A stretch of 55,377 nucleotides of DNA from Octopus bimaculoides (taxonomy: Eukaryota), in the NCBI RefSeq assembly GCF_001194135.2, contig NC_068998.1, positions 21,263,541 to 21,318,917 of the forward strand. The letters run 5' to 3'. The notes under the pieces were generated by a model. The model worked only from the letters and a program-made list of their open reading frames with translations, had not been told where the DNA came from and did not search any database. The translations under genes and the position numbers were made by a program. Positions 10,450-24,726 of this stretch are shown here, one piece after another (position 1 is the stretch's first letter; each line of letters begins with the position of its first letter).

Positions 10450-11350
10450 TAAAAAAAGATTATAATGTATAAAAATTTCCAGACGGTCAAACCTTTAATA
10501 ATTGCTTTCTTTTAATAACTGTTACGTACCTAATTAATAAGCAGCTTTCTCTATTATAATATCATACTACATATATATCATGCTACATATATATATTTTT
10601 ATATGCGATACCAGTGGGATATTTCTGTGGTTGTATTGTCTTGCAGCTTCAATTACTAATGTATTTAATAATCCTTTATTAATTACGAGAATCAGTCAAC
10701 CAATAAGTATTGGTTGGCTGATTCACGTAATCTTTTTGCTTATAAGGTCGTTCGTGAATAAAAATGTAAAAATACGGTTTAGAAAGCATTTAGTCGCGAC
10801 CATTTTAATTCTACAATCGAACGTTCTACTCTCGTGAATATATAGGCATTTGCTCCTGTTTTTTAGGAAGACTGAGCAGTTATATGTGTTGTTCCTTCTT
10901 CCTAAGGTCATATCAAAGAATAGGATTTTGATATTCTTGATAAACGGTAAATTTGAGAATAAGATTTTTCAGAACTTCATTAAGCCTATCTCCTGTCCAT
11001 CACAAGCAATAAATCAGATAATATACAGTCTGTATGATGTTCAATTATCTTATCTTTCACCCCTTGCCACAATGAAACGCCGCAAATAATTGGCCTGAGT
11101 GGAGAATCTATGGCTACTCCGTTTCTGAATATATAGAATAACCTTCGGGTTATAGAAAGAAACCTCAATTCTGAAGGTCAACAGGAATTTTCTAAAGAGA
11201 TTTCTTGGTAAATTGGATGCTTTATTGTAAAGTGTTTATACAATTTGCTGAATTTTCTGCCCGTTGTTTCCTATTCAGAATACTGGTGCAGAAGAATTTT
11301 CACACTCATAATAGAAGTGTTACAGACTTTGTTTCTTTTCTTTTTTTTTG
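10450..11350 (-). mobile_element. Decayed Penelope-like element (RT remnant)
   Basis: Minus strand NLFRKFLL...YIQK/NGVAIDSPLRP (11091-11136) matches the PLE RT motif GVAMGSPLGP. The downstream CFLNRIFT...NDLISKKIT resembles the PLE post-RT region. Many stops and frameshifts. Confidence 0.6.
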
Positions 11351-12090
11351 TATAATTTCGAAATTTCTTAATTCTATGATGAGCGTTTATCGCATTTGTG
11401 ACGTTTACTATATTTTTTCTAATTTTTTTAGTTGCGTGGGTTTGAGATATTATACGTTGGAAGCGAATATTGACTTTGCGAAGACCGAAAATGCTATATT
11501 TAAAAAAAAACAACCCAAATCATTAGTTAGTAAAACTACCTTCCTACATAAAATCCACCCAAAAACATACGATTAATTATGAAAGCTTTATAAATAGCAA
11601 AGTAGAATACAAAACGTTAATATACAGATACAACAGTCGTGAAATTAGTAGTGATACTATCTCAGGGTTATTCCGAAACCTCTGCATATCTCTTGAAAAT
11701 ATGGATCAGTGTCTTGGGAGCAACTTCCAAGATGCAGGCTGAAGCATGGCTCTTTATAGATGATAAAATATTGCCCATGCTTACTTGATTCCTCTCTCCA
11801 CGTCTAAGATCTAGTACACAGGAAAGAAAGTGTCTACACGCCATTAGCTTGAAAAATTATTGATCGGCTTCGACCAGCTAGGTGTAAATTTGGGAGGAAA
11901 GATTTAGGAGGGAGTTGAACAAAGAACGCGGACAGCTAGAAAGGATATTGCATTCTATCCAAAAGTGTGTGGATTCTGAAAGTTCGCCATCTTGATTCAG
12001 AACTAACAATTAATGATTTATAAACCCGATGCTACCAAGTTATGCGTTGCAATATCCCATGCTGGCTACTACAAGGAAGCAACAGTAATA

Positions 12091-12154
12091 GTGCCATTTA
12101 TGCCCCTTTCAAAAGTGTCACTTATGCCCCTTTCAGAAGTGTCACTTATGCCCC
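12091..12154 (+). repeat. 24-bp tandem repeat, about 2.7 copies
   Basis: GTGTCACTTATGCCCCTTTCAGAA units at 12091, 12115 and 12139. Confidence 0.9.
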
Positions 12155-13469
12155 CCATTAAGAAGACGAGATAAGGAGTAGACCTGGAAACACGAATGGA
12201 AGAGTACAAATGGAAATTCATTCATTTAAATTAAACATAAAGTGTTAATAAGTATAGATGAAAAAAAAAAAGGGAAAAAGCTAAGTATAGATTAAAAAAA
12301 AGTGAAAAAGGTAAAACGAGAATTGATTCTCCTAGAAAACACATACACATAACCATATAACCTTAAGCACGCACACATGCACAATCAATCACACATACAT
12401 GCTATACACCCATACATATATTGCAATATAAATCTTTATATGCGCATAGATTTATTAAAAAAAAAAAAAATTTATATTTTATTACAATTTATTCCTGCAA
12501 TTAATACCAAATTTCTATGCTGGAATCAAGAAAAATGCTGACAGTTTATTTTTGGAACATAGTGTAGTTGGAAATAGTTTTATAAATATATATTTTATTA
12601 AACAAAGAATAATAAAGGTATATTCAATTCATTGATATTGATTTATATGGCTTCAGATTTTGACATTTTGTTTGAGACATATGTGCAAAAGGCTTCTTCC
12701 ATTAAAAAAAAAAATACTTAACATTAACATTAAATTCAAACTAACAGTTGCGTTTAAGAAGCGAGAGTTATTTCCATCACCAGAGTAGCTGAAAATAATG
12801 TAGAAGTGTCCTTGTATGTTCTCCGAAAATGTAATGAAAAGAAACGAATTTTGCATGAATACATTTTCTAAATTAATTTAAGTACTAGCGCATTTAAATT
12901 TTAGTAAATTCTCTGCATATCTAACCTGCATATCTTCTCGTCGTTTCGTTCACCGCCAATTTTCAATTAAGTCACATTATTTGCTCGCAAATGCTTACGT
13001 GACATTACACACGATAAACCTTAAAATTACTGTATTCTTCGAAATGTTACTTGATGTCTGTTGCGTTAAAATAGGCAGGGTGCCATGCAATGGAATTACC
13101 TGATTGCTACCGGTATTGGTGTTTTGTTATTTCGATTGATTATAGCGTTTCAGGAATATTAATTTATCTGGAATAATTTTCCAAATATTAACCCAACCTC
13201 TGAAATTACTGACTTGCATATGGCTTTTGTCAATAATGTGCTCTTAATAATCATTGCTCTCCCCGTAACTCTCTCCCTCTCTTTCTCTTTCTCTCTATGT
13301 TTACCTGATTGTCTGATTAACTGTTCTTCTCGCTATGTCTGCGTCTCTATCTCATATAAATTACTGAAAAGCATTTCTAATCACGACAGCAATTATATTT
13401 AGACATAGAGTGATTATATCAACAAAATGTCGTTGAACCGAGAATAATAATGATACTAATGATGGCAGT

Positions 13470-13475
13470 AAAAGA

Positions 13476-13530
<55 letters not shown>

Positions 13531-13713
13531 GTTGTCGTGATGGTTGAGCTGCTGCTGATAATGAACATTATGTAGACAGAGGTGAAGTGGTAGTCGCTGT
13601 GATGATGATAATGATGATGGTGAAGAAGATGATGATGATGATGGTGATGATGGTGAAGGGGAGGCGGATGAAGAGGAGGAGGAGAATTTTGGATGTGGCG
13701 GTAGTGATGATTG

Positions 13714-13746
<33 letters not shown>

Positions 13747-13995
13747 CGACGACGACGATGATGAAGATAATGATGATGCGAATGAATAATGACATTGATG
13801 AGGGCGATGATAAAGCTGCTATTATCTATGATGATGATGATGATGATGATGATTATGATGATGACAAGCGTGATGATGATGAAATTAATGACGATGATGG
13901 TGGTGATGCAAATAATGATATTGATGATGGTGAAAGTGAAAATGAAAGTGAGTAGTAGTAGTAGTAGATTAGTGATGATGTTGACAACGATGATA
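13470..13995. repeat. Long compound trinucleotide array (GAT/GAC/GGT/AGT)
   Basis: Direct reading; produces poly-D/M/I/H ORFs in several frames. Confidence 0.9.
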
Positions 13996-14670
13996 GATGA
14001 TGATAATGAAGTGAAAGTGAATAAAACGACGTTTAATAATATTACTAATATTCGTAATAATAACACACTCATAGTAGTTACACACTATTTATCTTTCAAT
14101 AGAAGAAGACAGAAAAATTAAAACATGTTTGCATGATTTATTATTGATACGATGGTAAATGCTGTGTTGGATCACGTATTTAACACGACATCAGACATTT
14201 TGTTGGTATATGCCGATTGAATGGTGGTAGGATACACGTAGCATTTCAAATAAAAGACCAAAAGCTTTTTAAGTATTGATTGAATCTCCGATAGCAGTAC
14301 TTTAGTGATGGATCTAATGTTTAAGGTCTGATAAAAGACAAATTACTTTGAAGAATATTCATCAAGGCCTCCTTCCCCACTGTAAATAACAAGGAAGCGA
14401 ATGAAAGGGAAGTTGTACATGTTACATATCTCTAAATCAGTTTAGAAAAGTTCCTCTAACATTTCATAATATGTTATGTAATATAAATTCTAAGGAGTTG
14501 CTGACGTCAAAGGCAAAGCGATTCCTCAATACAGAACATTCACATATATACACACACACACAAAGACGCATGTATACATATTTATACACACACAAACACA
14601 CACACACATACACATACACATACGTATAAATACATACGTATATATACGCATATATATATGTATATATGTA

Positions 14671-14703
<33 letters not shown>

Positions 14704-15138
14704 NNNNNNNNNNNNNNNNNNNNNNNNNNNNNNNNNNNNNNNNNNNNNNNNNNNNNNNNNNNNNNNNNNNNNNNNNNNNNNNNNNNNNNNNNNNNNNNNN
14801 NNNNNNNNNNNNNNNNNNNNNNNNNNNNNNNNNNNNNNNNNNNNNNNNNNNNNNNNNNNNNNNNNNNNNNNNNNNNNNNNNNNNNNNNNNNNNNNNNNNN
14901 NNNNNNNNNNNNNNNNNNNNNNNNNNNNNNNNNNNNNNNNNNNNNNNNNNNNNNNNNNNNNNNNNNNNNNNNNNNNNNNNNNNNNNNNNNNNNNNNNNNN
15001 NNNNNNNNNNNNNNNNNNNNNNNNNNNNNNNNNNNNNNNNNNNNNNNNNNNNNNNNNNNNNNNNNNNNNNNNNNNNNNNNNNNNNNNNNNNNNNNNNNNN
15101 NNNNNNNNNNNNNNNNNNNNNNNNNNNNNNNNNNNNTT

Positions 15139-15173
<35 letters not shown>

Positions 15174-15839
15174 ATACATTTTTCTTTATGTGCAAAAATG
15201 ATAGAAAGATTTCAATAGAGTTTTTATTATCCAACATGGAAGGATCACTGCCATAGAGCTTTACGCATCTCTGACTAAGTGAAACGCATACATACTCTCA
15301 TGCATACAAAAATACATGTATAAACACATGTATGTTTAGATGCGAACACATGCACATATATAAAATATGAATATGTTTATATATACACAGGCACGTTTAT
15401 GTTAAATATGGAATGTTAAATACGGAACAAAAGAATATCGAATATATGAATTAGAGTTTATTTTTATTCAACACTGATGGATAGCTGCCATATATCTTCA
15501 TGCATCCTTTACCATGTGCAATACATACATAATACCTACATATAAATAAACTAACATACATATTTATAATAAAAAACACAATAGCATATACATACATGTA
15601 TATACACATATATATATACCAACGCACACACTCACACAAACACTGATATGTACTTATATATAATCCCTAATTTATATATATTTATATATAAATATATATA
15701 TNNNNNNNNNNNNNNNNNNNNNNNNNNNNNNNNNNNNNNNNNNNNNNNNNNNNNNNNNNNNNNNNNNNNTGAAGTTTATATTCATTTTTTTACGCTGGAG
15801 GTCACAGGTACGGACCTTCACGCATCTGTGATTGCGTGC

Positions 15840-15950
15840 AATACATGCATACATACATGCATACATACATGCATACATACATGAATACATACATACATAC
15901 ATACATACATACATACATACATAAACCCATCCATCCATCCACCCATCCAT
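15840..15950. repeat. (ATAC)n/(ATCC)n microsatellite
   Basis: Direct reading. Confidence 0.9.
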
Positions 15951-16670
15951 AGACACAGACATATACGCACGTACCTACACACACATATATATGAACATAT
16001 ACATATATATTTACATACAGACACACACAAACGCTCACAGATACACACACACACGCACACACACACCCACACACATACATATATACCTACATGATCACTG
16101 CAACTTGATTTCGAGCAATGCCAATACTTGATTGTTCTCTAAAAGTTGCACCACCTATTCCTAACAGTGTTACACCCCTTTGCAAAATGTGGCAAAGATG
16201 AGTGCCTCTTGCAGTAGGTGTTTAGAGAGCTTATTACACACGCTGATACATACCTTCATTCCATCAACGAAATTTTCCTTGAGTGTTTTGTATTTTTTTG
16301 GTTAATGCCAACCATAAAATGCAACATATTATAGAGAAATTAATCAATAAAGCGATTTCTGTGTCTGAAGCTTTTTAAAGTGAAGAATGACCTTGTACAG
16401 CGCGCAAATCCCACTTTCTGAATAATTTTCCCAATATGAACTAGCTCACACTATATGATGCAAACGAAATCGCAGGTGTTACTGTTTGCTGTTCGAGGGC
16501 AAAAGCCTCTATTGTCTCCATCCGCCTTGTGAGAGGTTTTGGTTCTTATCCTGCAGGTCGTTCAACGAAAATATCATAGCTAAGTTTGCCAGTTTAGTCA
16601 CCAACGACTCGACTATGACACACGTTTTCTAATGGTTTCACGAAGAGTGATCTACTTACATAAATATATA

Positions 16671-17330
16671 CACTGGCTAAATAAGTTTAAGATCGTATAT
16701 GACAGTTGTATTCCTTCATTACTATATTTTTGACTAAACGGTATAAAACTATTTTGCTTTTTACAGTTTATGTAGAATTGTTTTCTCTTTCGAATGATTT
16801 AGGCGTTATATAACTTTCTACAATACGAATGATTTTAATGTGCAATTAATTCAAATGATTAGAAATTGTCGGTAAAATAAGCTTGAGACCGTACCAAGAT
16901 TATGCAAATTAATAAACCAAATGGATGGTCATATGGTTGGTCGTATTGCACCATTTTGTTTAATAATCGAGCATTGTTACATATTAATTCGTTATGGGAA
17001 AGCGTCGTAGTATCAGTCCAGTAACTAGATCAAAGATCGTGTTGCTTCATCAGCAAAATGTGTCCTTTGTGAACATTGGAAAACAATTAGGATGCAGCAA
17101 AATGGATTGTGTTCAAGCATGAAAACTTTACAAAGGCACTAACCAATGCAAACATCGGCAAAGATCAGGCGCTCCGACAAATGGATGGATCAGCGAATTC
17201 ATAGGTTCTCTGAAGGTAGCCGAATGCTAACAACAGTGGAAATTTGAAAGCAATTATTTGATGAAAGTGACATCAGCTTTGCACCACAAACTGTCAGAAA
17301 ACGCTTAAAAGAATTTGGTCTCTGTACAAG
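16671..17330 (+). mobile_element. Tc1-like element, 5' portion only
   Basis: TA|CACTGGCTAAATAAG terminus; ORF remnant from 16994, MGKRRSISPVTRSKIVLLHQQ...RSGAP...TVRKRLKEFGL, typical of the Tc1 N-terminal HTH region. Confidence 0.7.
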
Positions 17331-17363
17331 TATTCATTTTGAATATTTACTCATATATATATA

Positions 17364-18653
17364 TCAGATTGGCAACTAAGTTCCCGCCGTTTTTTTAAAT
17401 TTTGAAATTTATTGCGTTTTTAAACTTTGGACTCTATTTTTTTCGAGAATTCTATTTTTGAATCATTTTGGAATCTATTTTGTTTTTTTTTTCTAGTTAA
17501 TTTTAGTTAATTTTTGTTTATTTTCAGATCATTAAAATGGAATTTCAAGTTAAGAAAAACGAGGATTTTTGACACCTCCTTCTTTTTGCAGTTGATGAAG
17601 GTTCTAAGTCCGCAAAAGCTGCTCGCGACATTTGTGCTGTGTATGGAGATGGTGCCATAGCTGAAAGAACCGCTCGTGATTGGTATGGCAAGTTCAAAAA
17701 GGCAAATTTTGACTTCAAAGTCGCACTTCGTTCTGGCCGTCCAATTGAGCTAGATGTAGAGCGATTAAACCAACTTTTGCACGAAAATTCTCGTCAAACG
17801 ACAAGGGAACTGGCAGAGAAAATGGAATGCTCCCACACTGCTATAGAGAAGCATCTTCACTCGATGGGAAATGTTCAGAAGTATGGAGCATGGGTTCCGC
17901 ATGCTTTAAGTGACAACAACAAAAATAATCGACCTACAATCTCCGCTGGTTTGCTTGCTCGTCACCGCTCAACTCATGGACACAAACAAAGATCTTTACC
18001 GAATCGTTACTGGCGACGCAAACTGGTGCCTGCACATCAATATGAACAAGCGTAAGGAATGGCTTAGCCCCCGGTAAACAAGTGAAACCGCGCGTGAGAC
18101 AAGATCTTCATCCGCGTAAAACGATGTTGTGCGTATGGTGGGTCTAGAAAGGGATTGTCCTTTACGAATTGCTTGAACGGAACCAAACGGTCAACGCGGA
18201 ACTCCCTGTTCAACAGATGGAACGACTCAAAACGCTATTCAAGGCAAAAGACTTAATCGTCAGCTTGGAGTTCTTCTGCTGCATGACAACGAACGCCTTC
18301 ATATCGCCAATATGACCAAGGAAGCCATTCAAACGCATGGGTGGGAAGTGCTGCCACACCCACCGTTCTCTCCTGATTTGGCACAACGGATTTCCACCTC
18401 TTTTGATCTCTTTCAAATGCGATGCGCGAAGTTTCGTTCAATACTGATGCAGAATTGAGCGCTTGGTTGGATCAATATTTCGAGTCGAAATCGGTTGATT
18501 TCTACCAGCGAGGTATTGAAACTCTTGTTGAAAGTTGGGAAGAAGTTGTAAACAGCATGGGTGAATATATTATTGATTAATTGGTTTTTATTTTTATGAA
18601 ACCTTTTAAAAATTTAGATTTTGATAATGGCGGTAACTTAGTTGCCAACCTAA
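17364..18653 (+). mobile_element. Full-length decayed mariner (DD34D) element
   Basis: TIRs TCAGATTGGCAACTAAGTTCCCGCC / GGCGGTAACTTAGTTGCCAACCTAA; 1290 bp; flanked by TA inside a (TA)n tract. Confidence 0.93.
17537..18580 (+). pseudogene. Mariner transposase pseudogene
   Basis: MEFQVKKNEDF...; motifs WVPHAL, VTGD, LLHDN, HPPFSPDLA; ends GEYIID*. Several stops and frameshifts. Confidence 0.9.
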
Positions 18654-18799
18654 TATATATATGTGTGTGTGTATAAATTACACAATGAGTGTGTAATTTA
18701 GACACACGTATATATATAAAAATATTTTATGGTCTACAGACAATTTTTTACGCATGCTAGCCACTGGTATAAATTATTATCTTAAATAATTTTTACAAT

Positions 18800-18825
18800 T
18801 TATACACACACACGCAAACACACAC

Positions 18826-18900
<75 letters not shown>
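18800..18900. repeat. (CA)n microsatellite
   Basis: Direct reading. Confidence 0.95.
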
Positions 18901-19694
18901 TGCATATCACTAGGTGTTTTGGATAGCAGTTCTTTGAAGTTGAATGACCGAAGTTGATAACAACGTCAGATTGCATTAGAACCTCTACATCCTGGATGAT
19001 TTTGCTTGAATGTTTTATAGTTAAATCTTTCCCGTGAATTGCGATGGACGAAAAGTATGTAAGGTCTGAAACTAGAAGGAAAGCGTATGGAAGTTTCAGA
19101 TTATAATAAAGTAGCAAATAAAATTGCGGGGCGCGGAAAAACTGTGCCTTTAATCATGAGGTTACACTACGTAGTAGTAAATATCACACTATATAAAAGT
19201 GACTGTTCTGCTGAAGTTTATCGATATAACAATAAATAAGATTTCTCTTTATCACAAAAGTAATTCTGCTTTGTATTATGACCTTACAAAAAGTATTCAC
19301 AATTATACCGAAGCGTCACTAAAAGTAGTTTTTAGATACAAGTACGATTACAATTTAAAAATAAAAGCATACTTATACTCGTCTGTTTATATATACCCAT
19401 ACTTATTCATATTTAGATAGCTGATTTTGTTATAACAAAGTGAGCAGACAAATAGCATGTAGGTAAACGGAGAGGGGTGAAGAAAAGGTAAGTTTTGCTA
19501 TAGAGTGATTCATTAAGTAAAATTATGTATAAGTCATTAGTACAACCAAATAACTTTTGGAGGCAATTAACAACATGATGTCAATTCATAAAGGAGGAAT
19601 CTACTTTAAAAAACAGTACGCATTTCTGTAGTCTGTATAGGCATAGTCCGAACAACATATTCAAATGGTTACAAAACCATATTAGCATATATGT

Positions 19695-20466
<772 letters not shown>

Positions 20467-21145
20467 AAAGGCCTGAGGGCAGAAATTCTATTTATGGATT
20501 GAAAATCATTGCTGCACTTCTATATCTGACGAATGCCACATTGCCTGTCTCCGTGCGTTTTCTAGGAATGCTTAGGGAAATTAATTGTTTAGATATATTG
20601 ATTTACTTAACTGTGCTTCAGTGTAATAAGTTTCAGTACTAATATTCAAGCTAAAAAAAAAAAAAAAAGAACTCTGAAAATATATAATGAATGTGACTAA
20701 AGGAATATTGAAACAGCAGAAATTTATATCTTCGGTTTTTCAAAAAAAAAAAAAGAAGAAAAAGAAATGTATCGTATGGATTTTTACATGTTTTATTCGT
20801 GCAAATATGGCAGCAATAACAGCAGTTTTAAATCACATATATCTCCTATGCGGTATATGCAGATCACATATGGCAGTACGCATCAAGAAGCAGCAGTAGC
20901 CAGATGAATATGAAAATACAATATGCTTATTAGATTAAGCAAAATGTTTAGCGAAATTGTCATTGTTCCACCAGAATTTATATACACGTACCCCACATAT
21001 ACATACAAACACGTATATATACATGCATACATATGTGTGTGTGTGTAAACATAGAAGTATTAGTTACGATGTATAAAATAAAAAGAAACACACCGTATTG
21101 TGTATTACAAAATAAACGCTGTAAATACACAATTTTCCACAGCCT

Positions 21146-21270
21146 GTTACCTGCTTACCTGCGGAGAGTCTCAACAACCGCTCTACCTGACTCTCGCATA
21201 GCGACTGACCGTTGGACAGTTACTATGCTTTTCACTCAGTGTTGCCAACTCGGGATAAATTTTATCGATC
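21146..21270 (-). promoter_or_regulatory. Candidate core promoter and first-exon splice donor of a leftward transcript
   Basis: Minus strand: DRE-like GATCGATA (21263-70), TTGGCAACACTG (21237-48), then donor-like CAG|GTAG, CAG|GTAAGC (intron from 21158) and CAG|GTAAC. Locally GC/CpG-richer. Confidence 0.3.
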
Positions 21271-22116
21271 AAATTCTTACACTGATTTGATTTCAAATTC
21301 TTGTTTCCTAGTGTAATGCAAGTCGAAAGTGTGTACTTGTAATTTGCTTTTGACTATTCGAGGCTTACGATGTTCAGGAAATCTTCGGAGTAATGTCTGA
21401 TTATTCGACTTGTATTATTTCTTATGAGTTGCATTGTTTTGGCTTTATCAAAAAATAAAAACATTTTTATCTGATAATGCCCTTTGCAAATAATGGTACT
21501 GAATATTATGTACTTGTAGCCACATATTTTAGTAAGAGTTTTCTTCTGTCGTTTTTATCATCGTCTCGCTATCACAAAAACATAAATATAGAAAGCAACT
21601 GAAGAATATCTATCTTTAATATCAATCTGTTACTATATTACCATGTTTTGTAATATCTGGCAATTTAGTTCATAGTAATATGTTACAAACTACATCTAAC
21701 AGCAAAGACAATTAAATAAACTTCGCTCTTGTCATAAATACAGGTTTAAACAAAGGAAACATCGCCTCAAATATTTGTTCCGATAAAAGTTGAGTTAGTT
21801 TTGAAAGATTTGTACTCTTAAAACAGAGAGACAGTACATAACACTATCGAGCATGGAGTTTGCAAATTTTTAATTTACGCCAGATATTATCTTGGCCATT
21901 GTAATGAATTTAATTATTCTCGTAATTATACTCCATTGTAAAAAATCGCTCCCTGTCAATTTTTTAATTACTGTATGATTCATTTACATAAAACGCGATT
22001 TCCTGCAATAAACCACCTATAGAAATATTTCGATGTTGAAGTAAATACAGTCATTGCGTTGTGAAAGACAACATGTATACATATATATGCATGCACACAT
22101 ATCGACGCATCTTTCC

Positions 22117-22193
22117 ACATACATCGTTCCTCCCACTTTTCGAAACCGGACTGGAAGTCGTTTTCCGTAAGCGAGTAGAGGATCTTCTCCAAC
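22117..22193 (-). mobile_element. Mariner transposase C-terminal fragment
   Basis: LEKILYSLTENDFQSGFEKWEERC resembles the mariner C-terminal helix. Confidence 0.4.
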
Positions 22194-22429
22194 TTCTTTC
22201 TTTTCTTTTATTTTCTTTGCTTAATTTTTAAAATATGTTTCCTTTTTCAGTGTCTTTCTTCCCCTTTTTTCTATCATATGACTTCGTAAATTAAAAATCT
22301 GGTGTGATTATTTTAATGGCCTACCAATGTATACAGTGCGTTTTTCTGCCCTAGGTGTCAGGAAGACACTCATCAAGAAAAGAAAACAGAATTGAAATAA
22401 GGTGATAATGAAAGTGATAATGATAATAA

Positions 22430-22460
22430 TAGTAGCAGCAGCAGCAGCAGCAGCAGTAGT

Positions 22461-22534
<74 letters not shown>

Positions 22535-22541
22535 CAGTAGT
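22430..22541. repeat. (AGC)n/(AGT)n microsatellite
   Basis: Direct reading. Confidence 0.95.
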
Positions 22542-22544
22542 ATT

Positions 22545-22866
22545 AGGTATGCGAAAAGGAAGAAAGTAATGTCGATAGATTTGACAGGTTAGCTTGGGAT
22601 GTTAAGCAGCTGTGGTCGATGAAAAAAGTGGTAGTAGTACCAGTAATTGTAGGAGCCCTGGCAACAATGAGTAAAATCTTGAGAAGTACATGGAACAAAT
22701 AGGGGCTGCAATAAGAGTGGAGCACTTGCGGAAAACAGCACTGCTTGGAACCGCTTGAATACTCCGGAAGGTTCTCGAAAAATAAGGGGTGTTACCTTAG
22801 TTCACTAGTAGTGAACAAGTGAGACCGTAGTACATCTCCAGCGTTAGAAGCTGTGCAAAGGCAATG
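22545..22866 (+). mobile_element. R4/Dong-like LINE 3' fragment (second subfamily)
   Basis: DRFDRLAWDVKQLWSMKKVVVVPVIVGALA...LEKYMEQIG...TALLGTA*ILRKVLEK*, then a 3' UTR and AAT tail. Confidence 0.8.
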
Positions 22867-23239
22867 ATTATAATAATGAGAATAATAATTAACGGAATGC
22901 ATTACAAAAGCAAGCAAAAGAACGGAGGACGGATAATCATAGATACTATAAAATAGTTGATTTAGGAGTTACCCACACACCCACTACTATGCAACACTCC
23001 TCCAAAAACATACAAGAATGAACTCATAATGTAAGTATCCAACAAATCGGAAAAAAAGCATAACATGTGCCATAGAAGGCTGATACCCAACCGAAGAACA
23101 CAACCTGCGCTACACAAACAACATACAATATAATAACTAATACAACACAAGACTTAAACAAAACGTATTGATACAATACAATATTCCCCACCCCACCAAA
23201 AATGCAGAACACTCCACCCCACTAGCATAAAGGTGCAAC

Positions 23240-24495
23240 AAATGATGCAACAGAAAGTTGCTTGAAACTTTCAGATAACGAGAAGTAACAGTGATGATGA
23301 CGGTGGTGACGAACGTTACCTTGCCTCAGTTTATGAGAGGCAGGAGTTTCCGAAGAACTCTGGTTGTAACAGCAAAAATAAAGCTGGACCTTTAAGGAAA
23401 AGCATCTCGCTCCGTAGTGGATCAGTAAAGATGCAGACGGACCACAGGTGTCATCCTGATACAGCATCAGCAGATAAAAGAGCAAGGAGGAGGACGTGGA
23501 TCAGCGAAGAAAACAGGATAGTGACAGAGTGCTACTTAGAATGTGAACATAGAAGAAGGGGTTATAGAAAACGGCTGTTAACATTTTGGGTAGAGAAAGG
23601 TATGTTTAAAGTGACTGAGCAGAGATTAGTTGATCTAATACTATTATAAGAAGAAAGTGGATGACAGAACTGGAGGTAGAAGAGATCACAAGAGAAGTGG
23701 AAAAGAAAGACCAGGCAGTGGGAAAGACAAACAGCAATATAAGAGACACAGCTCAAGCCAAAGCAGAACCAAAAGGAGAAAATAATAATAGCGTTTTCAA
23801 TAAGGAAGGGACAGCTGACACCAACGATCTAAGTGATTTAAGTGAGGAAGATCAAAAAAATTTATATGAGTTGCAGGAAGTAAAGAGTAAAGAAGTAAGA
23901 AAGATTCCCAATATTAAAAGGCACCAACAGAACAATGCTACAAGAAATGACTAGGAAAGTAGATTCTGTTAATATATACTAAAAATATAGGAGACACTAA
24001 ATTATTGATCTATGCAGGTGTAGTAGTAATCACCAGAAGATTAGATATCTCACAGGGAAAAAATTTAGAAAAAAAGCAAATGTAGAAAAGGAGACTACAA
24101 GATAAAGTGAAGACTTTAAGACAAGATCTGAGTAGAATAGAAGCCTGGAAAGCAAACAAGTTACGAAACACAATGTGCAAATCGTGCCTCGAGGAAAGAT
24201 ACTTAGTCAAATAGAATGGATTTGAGACAATAAGAGAAGAGTTGAAATAACATAGCAGTAGCAGGTAAGCTCTCCAGATATCAGAAAAGAATAGATCAAT
24301 ATCAACAGAATAGATTATTTGAGACAGACCAGAGGAGATTTTATAACCAAATAAACACTGGGCTGGGGAGCGAAGTACTGAAGATGAGAAACCTAATGCA
24401 GACGAAGCGAGAATTTTTCTGGAGTAATATTTGGGAAAAAGCAGTCAATTATAACGGATATGCAGCATGGTTAAAGACATTCAAATCTGTTGAGT
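23240..24495 (+). mobile_element. R4/Dong-like LINE, 5'/N-terminal portion (3' truncated)
   Basis: RRRTWISEENRIVTECYLEC...RGYRKRL...GMFKVTEQRLVD, W-TELEVEEI, and QYQQNRLFETDQRRFY...FWSNIW are characteristic of the R4/Dong ORF upstream of RT. Confidence 0.8.
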
Positions 24496-24544
24496 GTATA
24501 TGAATAATAACAATAATAATAATAGTAATAATAATAACAACAGC

Positions 24545-24640
24545 AGCACCAAACCAATACAAAAATCGCCACGATAGAGTAGGACAGTATTTACATTGGA
24601 AAATATGTGAACACTATAAAATCAGCAATCCTGCTTACTG
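24545..24640 (+). mobile_element. R4/Dong-like LINE fragment (post-CCHC region)
   Basis: APNQYKNRHDRVGQYLHWKICEHYKI; bracketed by (AAT)n. Confidence 0.7.
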
Positions 24641-24684
24641 GCCTCCAGGATTGTAAAAAACATGCAGATTAAAAGTAACTAATG

Positions 24685-24726
<42 letters not shown>

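Noticed and set aside
13419-14121. Poly-His/Asp/Met/Ile ORFs of 75-217 aa
   Set aside because: They are all readings of one (GAT)n-type array, open on both strands, with no unique coding sequence.
18950-19070. Minus-strand acceptor (CCTTCTAGTTTCAG) followed by an open frame DLTYFSSIAIHGK...
   Set aside because: No good donor; the frame runs into (TG)n; no recognisable protein.
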